DNA of 63,693 bases, counting the filler, from Licmophora abbreviata (taxonomy: Eukaryota): assembly GCA_900291995.1 (NCBI GenBank). It is 16 parts of 16 records of this genome, joined end to end, with 100 filler letters (N's around TTAATTAATTAA, not from the genome) between each part and the next. Parts side by side here need not be neighbours in the genome. Positions count along the whole stretch, not along the records: positions 32,020 to 35,728 come from OLMU01000379.1; positions 35,829 to 39,399 come from OLMU01000380.1; positions 39,500 to 40,860 come from OLMU01000381.1; positions 40,961 to 47,103 come from OLMU01000382.1; 12 more parts are not named here. One strand, given 5' to 3'. Numbering within the stretch: the stretch's first letter is position 1; every line of letters begins with the position of its first letter. This document shows, piece by piece, positions 34,366-46,600 of the stretch. The notes under the pieces are model-generated. The model worked only from the letters and a program-made list of their open reading frames with translations, made no database searches and was not told the origin of the DNA. The position numbers were made by a program, and so were the translations under genes.

Positions 34366-35700
34366 TTAGGCTAATTTCTTGTTGCTGGCACCACGCTGGT
34401 GATACGAAAGACGCTCTCGTTTCCAGAAGAATCGCGACAGCCAGACCAGGACGCTATTTTCTCGGACGAGCTGCGCGTATGTGACATCCTCCTGTAACCG
34501 ACGCATCAAGAGCTTTCCTCGAAGCGCCCCCAACAATAGCAATGGTATCCCCATGAGTTTGGCCACTACTTTTCCAAAGACTACATGCACAATCAGATTC
34601 AAGTCGGTGGCGGCATGTCCCTCGGGAACAGCCCTGGCTGAATATTTCTCGAGCGCAGCCGCAATATCATCCTTTTCCTCTGACAAGCACATGGACAGCA
34701 GAATGGCGCTTTGTAATCCACAAGCGAAACCTTGACCCAGAAAGGAATACATGCCTTGTGCTGCATCACCCACAAGAGCGACGCCCCGATCATGATAGCG
34801 GTCGAGTTTGATATAATGTTCCCGTCCAGGACGAGCATCGACGAAGCGTTGAGCCTCCTTGTCGTCAAAGCGTATTTGTTGTGACTTGCTGCTCGGTTTC
34901 GTCGAGTCGCTGCTTCCCCGGAAAAAGAAGAGTTTCCGTGCTACATCACGCAGAAACGACTTGGGTTGCAATGCCAGGGCAATGGCGGTCGTCAGGTCTT
35001 GAGCTGTCTCAACTCCCCGAGGATTATCCAAGCCCAAATCTTTCCAAAAGATAAGCGCGGTATAGCCCTCGGGGTGGCGAGGAAAGACGGCCCCTCGGAT
35101 CGTGGGGTGCGAAAGAGGCTGGAAGGCACCGGCCTCCATCACACCTTCCTGAGAAGGCAATTTCATAGATTTCCAGAGTGAGGGTCTAAGATAGCGTGAT
35201 TCCTTCAGTCGTTTGTCATCCACTAGCACCTGACGGATGATCGAGTTTACCCCGTCCGCTCCAATCAGCAAATCGTACGGGATCTCTTGTCCTGTGCCAG
35301 TCGTGAGCATTTGACGATCCAGGTCGACTTGATTGCATACCGTGTCATACGTCACGACGCATCTCGCACCGAATCCCGGTTGCCTTTCTATATGATTCAG
35401 GATTTCTTGACACATGGCCGAACGACCGACAATCCGCACGGCGGGTCCAGTCGACGTGGGAGCACTGATTTTCTCAATGCGTTCCCACAAGCCCGGCACG
35501 CTCTGTTGCAGGTATCTTTCGTGGCGAGCACCCACGCCGAAGCCAAAGGAATTCATGTCCGGAGTTCCGGTGGCAGGAGCCTTTTCTAGGATATGAATCT
35601 GGACAGTTGGATCTTGCTGAAGCAAGAGATTGGCCAGAACGAGGCCAGTGGGACCACCACCGACGATGCTGACTTTTTTGTTGCTCAGACAAGAAGACAT
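34366..35700 (-). CDS. FAD-dependent monooxygenase, kynurenine 3-monooxygenase-like
   Basis: IVGGGPTG, LLIGADGVNS and ALVGDAAQGMYSFLGQG class A flavoprotein motifs. Confidence 0.85.
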   Translation of the reverse strand: MSSCLSNKKVSIVGGGPTGLVLANLLLQQDPTVQIHILEKAPATGTPDMNSFGFGVGARHERYLQQSVPGLWERIEKISAPTSTGPAVRIVGRSAMCQEILNHIERQPGFGARCVVTYDTVCNQVDLDRQMLTTGTGQEIPYDLLIGADGVNSIIRQVLVDDKRLKESRYLRPSLWKSMKLPSQEGVMEAGAFQPLSHPTIRGAVFPRHPEGYTALIFWKDLGLDNPRGVETAQDLTTAIALALQPKSFLRDVARKLFFFRGSSDSTKPSSKSQQIRFDDKEAQRFVDARPGREHYIKLDRYHDRGVALVGDAAQGMYSFLGQGFACGLQSAILLSMCLSEEKDDIAAALEKYSARAVPEGHAATDLNLIVHVVFGKVVAKLMGIPLLLLGALRGKLLMRRLQEDVTYAQLVRENSVLVWLSRFFWKRERLSYHQRGASNKKLA

Positions 35701-36001
35701 CGAATGAGTCTCGCTACTGAGAGACAGGNNNNNNNNNNNNNNNNNNNNNNNNNNNNNNNNNNNNNNNNNNNNTTAATTAATTAANNNNNNNNNNNNNNNN
35801 NNNNNNNNNNNNNNNNNNNNNNNNNNNNCTCATGTCTCAATGGGGTCAATGCAAAGGTATTGTGGGAAAGGCAGCAGTGAAAGTCGTCGCCGCAGGGGTC
35901 GATGCGGCCTACGAGTACATTCGTTGTAGAATAGGGTTATGAGCTACTGGGAAGGATGGAAAGGAACCTTACGTCCGACCACAGCGGGGATCAAACGACG
36001 C

Positions 36002-36082
36002 GAGTGAGTCGAGTCGAGTCGAGTCTAGTCGAGTCGAGTGAGTCGCTCATCATGGGGGCTCGAATGTGACTCACTCGACTCG
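36002..36082. repeat. (GAGTC)n array with a 15-bp perfect inverted copy, in a divergent intergenic region
   Basis: 36002-36045 is GAGTC/GAGT tandem; 36030-36044 is the exact reverse complement of 36068-36082. Confidence 0.8.
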
Positions 36083-36473
36083 TGACGCATTCCAAACTGC
36101 AAGTCTGGAATCTTGCAGATACGTAGGATGCAGTATCATCTCTACGTAGGTTACTCTTTCGGGAGCTCTTTGGCAGTTGCGACCTCTGGGACGTCTGTCC
36201 TCTACCGCAGCATAGAGCACGGGCTCTCTCCGCCAAGAAAAAAAAGCCATCCGAGTTTTTCGCGCCAACTACAAAACCGCGCTCTCGTTTCGATGCATTT
36301 TCTTCTCGACCGTCGACGCATCAATATCATCGCACCAAGGAGGGAGATCCAGTTTGGATTACTGTTACTGATTATTGAAATACTGATCTGTCGTCCAGTC
36401 GGTTCTCTGATCCAAAAGAGAAAGAGGAGCGAGATTGTCAATTCTACCTCTAGAGCCTTGTCACTGCAGAACC

Positions 36474-37819
36474 ATGTCGGACGAAATTGCAGTGGCGGAT
36501 CCTCGGGCCATCTCACGAGACTTGTTTTCTGCCACCTTGGGATCTGTCTGTTGTTGCTACACGGGCCAACCACTGGATACAATCAAAGGTAGGTACCGCT
36601 GTCTGGTGTCAGAACGTCTGTTTCATTTGGATTGTTCATGCCCATCATCTTTTTTTCTTTCCGATTCATTCGAATAGTTCGAATGCAGACCTCCCCGAAG
36701 GAATACAGTGGTGTTTGGCCGACGACGTCCAAGATTTTGAAATCTGAAGGGCTCTTGGCGTTCTGGAAGGGGGCAGTGCCGACGGCTATGGGTATGGCAG
36801 CGGAGAATGCTGTGGCATTTGGTGTCAATGAAGCACTCAAGCGAGCGTTTCCCGATGACCCATCGACGCGAAGTGCCGATGAACGCCCTGACCTTCTCAA
36901 GCCCTTCTTGATGGTACGTTCTTGACAGTGATGGTATATTCTAATATATGTCACCTATACTCTGCTCCGGTCAGATTCTGACTGCTCTTATGGCTTCTTT
37001 TGTAGGGTACGATTACAGGATGCTGTTCAGCCATGGTACTGCTTCCGAGTGAAATCGTGAAGGTATGAATTGTTGTGGATTTGCATGCCTCTGTTACCAT
37101 ACAATTGGTAGAAGTCGCGTGCTCACGCTCACTTCTCATTGCATCGCTGACAGGCAAAGACGCAGGTTGTCGTTGGGCAAGGCTTGTCCTCCAATGATAT
37201 CCTTCGACAGATGTTCCAAAAGCAGGGAGTGAAGGTACGGAAGCGAGATATATGTCGTGTGTCTGCTTTTTCCCTCCACTATCTTGCTCAGTATCAAATC
37301 TTTTGTACAGTCTCTTTTTGTTGGACTGGATTCCCAAATCATGCGCGATGCACCGTTCTACGCCGTCTTTTTCGGTGGATACGAAATGAACTGCTATCTC
37401 TTCCGAACCTATGTGCCGTCGATGCCGGAAGAACTGAATTACTTTTTGAGGTGAGTTTCTGGGGAAGAGTGGCTTACTTGCGTGTAAAGGTCATAAAAAG
37501 CAGTCTTTGCGGAAGACTCACTGTGTGCACACGACTTCTACTTGTGGATTCTAGTGGCGGATTCGCTGGTATGCTGGGTTGGGCTGTTGCCATGCCGTTT
37601 GATGTGCCAAAGACAAACGTTCAATCTCGATGGGATACCAAAGTCGTGGGCAGTTATTTTCCTGAAATGATTCGCATTGCACGAGAACGTGGATTTCTTG
37701 GTCTTTACAGTGGACTGGGTCCGACTTTGATTCGCGCCTTCCCGGCCAATGCGGCCTTGTTCTTGGGCGTGGAAATGGGAAAGCGTTTCTTTGACAAGCT
37801 TTTGTGGAAGGAAAATTAG
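36474..37819 (+). CDS. Mitochondrial carrier (SLC25), ornithine/carnitine-like, multi-exon
   Basis: Three PX(D/E)XXK signatures (QPLDTIK, LPSEIVK, MPFDVPK), RDAPFYAVFFGGYE and RAFPANAALF. Several GT-AG introns. Confidence 0.9.
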
Positions 37820-38501
37820 AAAAGTGAAGCGTGATTGATGGTGCAGTGGTGGTCATTGTTTTTCCTTGTATACTGGGGCATGCTCGTTGGGTCACTACAA
37901 CGCACGTCTCCGCGATGGTGAGTTAATAGCAAGCTAGGAAGCAACTCTACATTAGACAACCCATCCTATCTTGAAGAAGTGTTCATACGCATTGGTGACG
38001 CAGCAATCGCATGGCGATATAACGCTATAGCGCTTAACAAGAGTCCGAGATTCCATCACTAGACCTCAGATTTGATAATATTTTCGACTGGGTGGGCCCG
38101 GAGCAAAACATCCAGGAGGCGACCGTGGCTGCTCGTCTGAAAAGCTAACACCGCGACCCACTTCCAAGTCGTCTTTCCCATCAGCTGTCGTTCCAATGAC
38201 TCTTTCATGCTCAGACTTAACAAAGCTCAAATGACCCATACTAAACTTCCTCAGTTTCTTCTAATCTTCCTTCAAAAATGGTGCCGCCAACGGTCGATGG
38301 ATCAAACCTACTCCAACAAACCGTGCCGCATGCCTAAGAATCAGAATCATTTGGATGCTTCCAATCATGCTCATACTGTAACAATCTGGGCGTAGGATAC
38401 CCTCTTCTCCATAACATACTTACTTGAATACATCAACACGTAGCTGGCACAGCCGCCTCTAGGGCGGGTCCCCCTTCCCACAGAGCCATCCACGGGCTTA
38501 G

Positions 38502-38993
38502 TCATGTCAGGCTCATCAAGTCCCTCATCATGAACTCGTCTTCTTTTTTTACGAATCGCCCCTTCACTCGCATACGACTGTCTGCAAAACTCTTTCGCAC
38601 GTCATACTTGACTTTTCGTGTCCACACTCTATTCTTGCGCTTCACTCGAAAGCGATCTAATCTGACCTTGCGACTCTCAGGTGAGTAAGATCCAATCCAT
38701 CCGTCCGGTCGCTCTACAATGAGCAAGCCACTTTCGTCCAGTCGAGTATTGAGATTCGGATCGCTCATTGATCTTGGAATTCCCAGACCTGATGGTCTCT
38801 CTTTTCGCTTCTTTTCTTCAGCATCGTCCTGCTTAGCCTTGGCCTTGCGCTCCTTATCACGAGCTTCGGCCTTTTCCTTCTTTTCTCGTTCTTTTCGCTC
38901 CTTTCGTTCTGCTCTTTCCCGTTCCTTCTGCTCCTTCTTATCTTGCTTTTGCCTTGCCTTGCGAGCCTTGGCCAGCAACGCCTTTTTCGTCAT
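38502..38993 (-). CDS. Short CCT-domain protein (163 aa)
   Basis: RKVRLDRFRVKRKNRVWTRKVKYDVRKSFADSRMRVKGRFVK = CCT motif. In-frame TGA two codons upstream of the ATG. Confidence 0.85.
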   Translation of the reverse strand: MTKKALLAKARKARQKQDKKEQKERERAERKERKEREKKEKAEARDKERKAKAKQDDAEEKKRKERPSGLGIPRSMSDPNLNTRLDESGLLIVERPDGWIGSYSPESRKVRLDRFRVKRKNRVWTRKVKYDVRKSFADSRMRVKGRFVKKEDEFMMRDLMSLT

Positions 38994-39625
38994 GGTTCAA
39001 GAGGATAGATAGTCTAGTGCGGTGTCTGAGTGCATCGCTAAAACGAAGTGTGTGATTGATTGCACTCCGTGCGTTGAAGGAAGAGACTGATGGCTGAAAC
39101 GTCATACGTCTGGCCGTACATCCTTCCCCTGTTCAGGAGTTGCACTTACGTCATCAAGAGTCGTAGTGACTTACTTCTCCTAATTATTTTAGACATTCTG
39201 TACTTATTGTTGTGAAACAAGCATTTTTCGATCTCCGTTGCGTAGAAGTCTACTGCATCCCGAAAGTGTGGATTCACGCTGAAATTCATTGCCAGAAGGC
39301 TGAAATCCCGTGACAAGCGCAGAAAAGCCGCGACTTCGTTGTCGTATCGTTGTCTCTAGCAACGTGTTGGCATTCGTTTCTGCACCGACACATTGCTCTN
39401 NNNNNNNNNNNNNNNNNNNNNNNNNNNNNNNNNNNNNNNNNNNTTAATTAATTAANNNNNNNNNNNNNNNNNNNNNNNNNNNNNNNNNNNNNNNNNNNNG
39501 CAAAATCCGACGAGCGAGTGCATTTTCCACCAAAACGAGATATTTCGACCGAACTTATACCCGCTTCTTCGCGCGTATCGTGAATATAGTAGTCCAGAAC
39601 TATCACCAGAACAAGAGAATTCAGC

Positions 39626-41407
39626 ATGAGTAGCCGCGTTCAGTCGACGAGAGGAAATCCTTCTCGCACGCGTAGCATAGGAACCGCATCAGATCTGTCG
39701 GACGACCTGGATCTTGCGCAAATGGTGGCTCATATCAAGACAGAAGAAGATCTCGAGGAACACTTGCACAATGTTCTACCGCAGTCGATTCCGACTTCGA
39801 ACGACCCGATGCAGCGATCGGCATCCAAGGCCATACCGATGGCGAGCTCCTCGTTAGGTCAGAATGCATCGTCGTCCCAACCGAGTTCGATGGGATCTTC
39901 CGGGAGTGGTTTCATTAGTGGCATCATGAATCCCGGTGGCACGGGACTCCTGTCTCACACTCCTCCTACCCTGTTTGGAACTTCGTACGAAGTGCAGCAC
40001 TTTGCAAAACGTCCCAGAGCAGGGGTAAGTGTCAATTGGATAAAGCGTTCGTGCTGTATGCTGTAGGGTAGAGAGGCTCACCCTTTGGCTTCTTATCGTG
40101 GTCATTACCAGAGCATCTCTGGGAGGTTGCGCTCCGCGTCCGAACTCGAAGACAAAGGTCTTATTGATCGTCAACAAAAGGCCATCCTCAAGGATCTCAT
40201 CATCTCGGGCGATGAAGATCTGCAGGCTGCACTAGACCAATATGATCAGGGCAACACGGCCCAGCTCGAGAGCATGATCCGCAGTGGAGAACTGTCGAGT
40301 CGTGCTGCCGCTGACATTGATCTGCTGGGCGACCTGGACTTGGATTTCTTGACGGTTGACGACCACTTCGGTGGCCTTGCTGCGGAGGAGGCAGCAGCAT
40401 CCATGCCACCTGTGGATGCACCAGGTGCTCCCGAATCGGGTCCAATTCCGCTGCACGCACCGCCTTCCTTTCCGGGGCGCCATCTGGTCCCACAAGTGAC
40501 GGGTTCTTCGCAAGTTCATCCCAACATGGTGTCGCCTTCGGCATACAACGATGATGACATTGGTGAATTGGACTTTGATGGAGAGTTCTTCCTGCCAGCA
40601 GCGGGAAACCAGTCGTACGGATCCAAGGGAGAGTCAATGGCAGTACAGGTTGATCAGCGGTTTCGGTCCAACTCGCTGGCGTTTGGCGGTCTCTTGAATG
40701 AGAAACCGACTGCGGTCGACACCGAAGCCCTGTATGGAAACTGGATGGACAGAGATGTACCCCCGACTCGGGAGGGGATCCCTGTAGGCATTGGCGCCAG
40801 TCTCGCGGCCTATGGGCGGTCGAAGAGCGAGTCTGGCTTGATTCTGACCAAGGCGCAACTNNNNNNNNNNNNNNNNNNNNNNNNNNNNNNNNNNNNNNNN
40901 NNNNTTAATTAATTAANNNNNNNNNNNNNNNNNNNNNNNNNNNNNNNNNNNNNNNNNNNNGGGAACGAGAAAAGGCCGAGAAGAAGGAGCGCCGCGAGTC
41001 CCTCAAACGTGAAAAGAATGGAGAGGGATGCTCGTGAGAAGCAGGGACGAAAGGACAAAAAAGCAGCTGCAAAGGCAAAGCAGGCTGAGGTGGACGAGGA
41101 GCCCACAGAGCGGCCGTCTGGTTTGGGCATTCCACGCTCCATGAGCGACCCAAATCTGTCTTGTAAAATTGATGCGAATGGTTTGCTCAATGTGGAACGC
41201 CCTGAGGGATGGGTCGGTGCGTACTCCCCAGAAAGCCGGAAGATCCGGATCGAAAGATTCAATGCCAAACGTGGACACCGTGTATGGACCAAAAAGGTCA
41301 AGTACGATGTGAGGAAGAATTTTGCTGATAGCAGGCTTCGCGTGAAGGGCCGCTTCGTTAAGAAAGAAGATGAACTTCTGATGCGAGACCTGATGAGCCT
41401 AACATGA
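39626..41407 (+). CDS. Long CCT-domain protein; intron ~40025-40111 and a gap
   Basis: Exons join KRPRAG|SISGRLRS. C-terminal CCT RIERFNAKRGHRVWTKKVKYDVRKNFADSRLRVKGRFVK. Confidence 0.88.
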
Positions 41408-41736
41408 CAGTGTATAAAGAGGGGAGCCTGAATACCTAGAGCTATAGATCACGCAACGTGCGTAGATTTGGTTTGAACTGCAGTAGAGCTGCTAGGAATA
41501 CAACGACGTACAGAAACTGGTAAAGCTTATCGCAAAGACATCAGCTAGCTACACTAGTGTGAAGCATCCGTGCTATCGGTATGAGCAGCGAGAAAGAAAG
41601 AATTCTTGTACTTCTACAGGTGCTCCAGTACATGCAGAAATGGCTCGCTTGTGCTTTGTGCGAGTCCCCTTCAATCACGTTCATACTGTAATTTCCAAAT
41701 ATGACAGGTACAAGTTTTTATAACCAAAAAATAAGG

Positions 41737-42853
41737 CTACGAAGGATCTTGTCCTTCGTCGTTCTCGTCGAATGAATAATTGAGGGCGCCGCGGCTCGGT
41801 CCCACGACCACCATGTCACCCACAGACAAAGTAGTGTTGAGACTACTTGGTGGACTCGCAATAGAATTTCTTCGCACATCTACATAAGATGTATCACTGC
41901 CATGTTCACTGTCGAATGGTACTAAAGAACCAAGAGAATCTGCGAGGGGGGAGTGAAAAGCGCTCAGGGCGACCCCAGTGTCCGCAGCGTGTTCCCTTTG
42001 GAGTCGTTCGCAATGGTAGAAATAGTTGCGCCAAAAGACTGTTTCCTTGACGTCACTGCGACCTGTAGAAAAAGAGATTCGAAGGCAGGTAGGTGAAGTT
42101 GAGAAATCAAATCCTTTTCGCTTTTCTACATCCAGATCCAGTCCATCAGTTTGAAAGATTCACGACACCGAAACATCGTGAATCGTGGAAGGAATGTCCA
42201 GCGGCCGAAAACCACACGAATGCGCTTCGGCCGAAATCGGACGAGTCTAAGGAGCGAATCAGACTTATCTTACCCGAAAGCTTGGCATGCATAGCCGCAA
42301 GATGTTCATCGAACTCGAGCAAGCGGCGAATCAGATGAATGTGTGGCTCGTCGAGAGTGAAACCCCGAACGCTTTCTTCCCCAGCATCACTGGCTACGTC
42401 ATACGGTCCTCGAAACGTGGCCTCCTTGTGGCTCACCGCCATTATCTTCAACTTGAGACCATTATCATCTTTGATTTCCTCGTCCGTTTCCATCTCCCAT
42501 GGGAGGTGAAGCTCGTAGTCCTCGCCGACACCCGAATTTCCACCGTAATTTTCTTCTCGCCAGCGTTCCGCCTCCTGTTCGGCTTCACGCTCGAGCTGTG
42601 CAATTTCCGCAGCCACCGTCATGGCCGAGCGATGAACTAGGCTGGCAACACCTTCGAAGGCTGCGGGAACATGTGTCTTGAAGGACTTGGCAAAACTTCC
42701 GAGCCACCCGTTCCCGGCCTGCTCTTCTTCGGAAAGGCTACCAGCGTCAGTAGGGGAAGTCATGATGCTGTCGTTCATGCTATCTTTTTTCGTGACTTCC
42801 GGCTCAGACCCAACCAGATTCGGATCAATCAGAGGATCCAGAGTCGACGGCAT
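41737..42853 (-). CDS. BSD-domain protein, 2 exons
   Basis: Intron 42273..42063 joins ...LLEFDEHLAAMHAKLSG to RSDVKETVFWRNYFYHC (BSD FW.YF motif). Stop TAG at 41739-41737. Confidence 0.82.
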
Positions 42854-43656
42854 GGTGAGCAGTATAACAACACCACAACCACGGATTCTCAACCAAGTGA
42901 ACTCCCAACACGCACAGGGTAGACACGAGTACCACCACCTTTCGACGAACGTGTCAACCCCATCACGAATTTCGATTCTGCTCTCGTGGAGTTGTCGTAC
43001 ATACCGGTACGGCGCCGTGGTACACATAGTGTTTTCAATACCTTCATTCAGTACTGAGGATTTCCGAAAATGTTAAATTGAGTACACGTTTTGGTATTAT
43101 GTTTATTTTATGTGAGACTCTACTTGAAGATAAGAGGCCATCTCATAAGTGTATAGGTGTATATATAAGTATAACACATCACAAAATTCGGGCGAACAGA
43201 ACGAGAGTGAAAAAATGTGAATGAATCAATCGAGTCAGTCGAATGAGTCTCGAGTCTACCAAGCGATGGTGCGGTTTCATAGACCCTATTTTATCGGTGG
43301 CATAAGGTACGTAGCTGGCACTGGTAACCTAAGCGGGTACCGGTACTTCTGATAGAATGAATCGAATCTAAGTCACATCGATCGAATCGGTAGTCTACAA
43401 GGCCACGACAAGCTTGACCAACTAGATACCTGGTGCCTTTCCCAGGTGCCACGATTTGGCGACGGTTCCGTTGTCCAGTATCGTACTGGACGACGTACGA
43501 GCAAGAGCATGGCTCAATCGAACAGACTTTGCACCTTATACCAGGTAACTTGCAGCCTAGAGCAAGGTAGGAGTAGAACCGAGAATATGAACGCATGACA
43601 TTGCATGCTGTTACAAATATTCGAGGTTGGAATAAGAAGCTACGTCCCGGGACTAG

Positions 43657-46600
43657 CAGATAATCACTTCTCTCATAGATATACAGTATAATATCCATTG
43701 CCCGGACGGACTACGATTTCAGATACGTTGGCTGACACTCTCTGTGGACAAGGAAATTAGCAAGGGACTTCAAACTATCTTCGACATGGAAGCAGACCGC
43801 CGAGCCCGACGGAAAGCATCGCAGGGACTCTGGTTTCGTGCAAAACCGTACTGCACCACAATAGCGGCATGGGTTGGTGACCACAACAACTGGCGCAATC
43901 TTCTCCTGCGGCTGAGCAGTGCCCACACACGTGCCATGTACAAAGACAAAGAATACCGAACAGCCACCATCATTCTCTTTGAAGAAACCACTGGTTTGTC
44001 AAGCAACGAATCCAGTGTCACTGACGATGGCGGTACTGATGATCCTGCCACGCCGCCAACACAACCTATCGACATTGACATGCAGCCACGACACCTAATC
44101 TGCCCCCTATGTCACCAGCATGAGACCTGTGCTTCCGAACATCCGAAAGGCAACATGCCACACCATCACCTCTTCTGCACGCAGGTCGATATAGAGAAGG
44201 CGCGAGAGGCACTCCTCGATTCGTACGAGGCAGCAGCCCAGCACCTCCTCGACAGCATTACACTGGCGCTCGGCAACAGGCAAGCAACCCAGCGATCGCT
44301 TGCTACACTCACCAAGCGATTACAGGCACTTGAACTCGAGTCTGCTACCAAGATGTGCTATGACTCACGACACAAGGCCCCACGTACTGAGAATATTTCT
44401 GTCATTCATAACGATGCGAACCGACTCCGACAGCACCGACGATGGATCGCCCTCACCAAACTACACCTCCTGCCAGCCACCGCCGATGGCGACATACTCG
44501 ACGCCGAAGCGTCAGCGGTTGACCTTACGTATCTGGGAGCCCTGCCTGACGCCTACTTTTACTGGATCACTACCATCTGCAGAATGGCACGATCGAAACA
44601 CAACACTACCGCAGCTACAAACCTGGAAACAGCATGGAAACGGGTGGTCGCATGGTGCATCTACAAAGCCGTTGCACTACAATGCGTTATTCAACATGTG
44701 CTTACACAACATCGAAAACAAGTGCTTACCCTCCACAAAGAACGCCACTCCCACGGACAAGAACCTGCACACAGCACCTCGGATGAACAGCGACGAAAGA
44801 CTCCGGCCCGCCACGAGACACCGATGCCAGCCACCAACAATCCCACTCGACCCACAGAGCAATGTACAGCAACTGGATGCCGCCTACGACAAGCCAGCCT
44901 CCAACGTTTCACTGTCGGAATGCGCCCCATTGGATCACAGAGCTGTAACAAGTGCACACGCTTCAATAAAGAGATTGCACGAGCGACCTTTGTCGAACAA
45001 CAACTCATCAACTCTTGCGACACGCGCAAGCACTTCATCAATACTATCCGACCACTGCTACCTGTTCAGCGCCTACGTGCAATCGCCCGACTTGCAACCA
45101 AATACGACGATACCAAGCGCTTATGGCCACCTAACATGACCAAAGGCCGATATGCTTTCAACGACTACTTGCGACATGCAGCGTTCCGCGTGACAGAAAC
45201 TATTCTCCTCAGTACAGGAAGCGATAGCCTTGCACCCCTCCCGGCAGTACTGAACACGGCTGTCTTACGCCAAAAAGCCAGCATACTCTGTGAATGCCAC
45301 CCGCCACAGTGCGACGTCTCACATCCACGGCCGATCACAAACGACCCTGCATCCTGTGACTATCCAAAGCTTTGCCATCTGTGCGGCTCACTCCAACCCC
45401 GACCAGGAAAAGACAGCTACCCCCCTGCTGCGACGCCGCCTTGTCCCACTTGCCTTGCTACCACAGCCGATCCTGACGTGCCATGCCATCCCTGTGTTGC
45501 CCTATGGCTTTGCGTCCACAACTCGACTAAGATACGCACACAGACTGCGCTTGCGACAATCTCGAACACACCACAGACTACGCTCCCGACACCAGCAGGA
45601 CTCTCCTCGACCCAAGACGTGCGAACCCCCACTACAGCTTGCTCCACATGTGCACCTAAAGCAAACGGCGACACACCCATGTCAATGCCTACATTTCCCA
45701 ATGACTCCGACCTGCAACACCCAAGATACACAAGACATGAAGTAGTCCGACAGCAACGTCAGGCGATTGTCAGTGCAATCCAACACAGTCCCAAAACACG
45801 GAACGGCAACACCAACCGAAAGAAGAGACACCACAAGCTAGACCAACACCAACTTGCTACACTTATCATGGCCCGAACTGATCATGACACCCAACTATCA
45901 ACCCAACAACACCGCTCAGTTACTTTTGGCAGCTCACTTGTCCTGCGATATGACACAACAGCGGATCCAGCTTCCCTTCGACCGAAACGAAAACAGCATC
46001 CACCACCAACATCAGCTCTCGTCCTTCCACCTGTGACACAGAAACGTCGACGCCTACCGCTACAGTCTACGGACCTGAACAACTCATCCCCCAGTACATC
46101 CGGCACCCCGCTACAACCATCGGGCAGCATCGTCCACCTAGAGGAGGTCATGAGGAGTGACCCGATGACCATCCCATCCCTACAACAAGCCATTCCCACT
46201 GCTTTCCTTCAATCTACCTACATGCTGCGTGGTCACCATATCGCCGCTTTTCTAGAAATTGTGATGCGGCAACCCCAGATCACAGCAATGCATGCGTATC
46301 TTTTGCATCCATACTTTCTACGGTGCCTCCATGACCGCGGTTGGAACGATGACATGAATCAGAAACACTTCCGGAATGGAATTATCAATGACGACTCGAT
46401 CATCACTCCGCGGTTCATGCGTAACACGAGACCCCATTTGCCGCCCACCCAAGCTCCTCTCCTTGTAATCCCATCCTTCTCGGGCTCCGATGTCACATCC
46501 GGACATTGGTTCACCATCATCCGCGTCCGCACAGGACCGCCACCCCAGAACCAGGAATCCCAGAATGATCCAGACGGAAGCGTTACTTTCTTCTACATGA

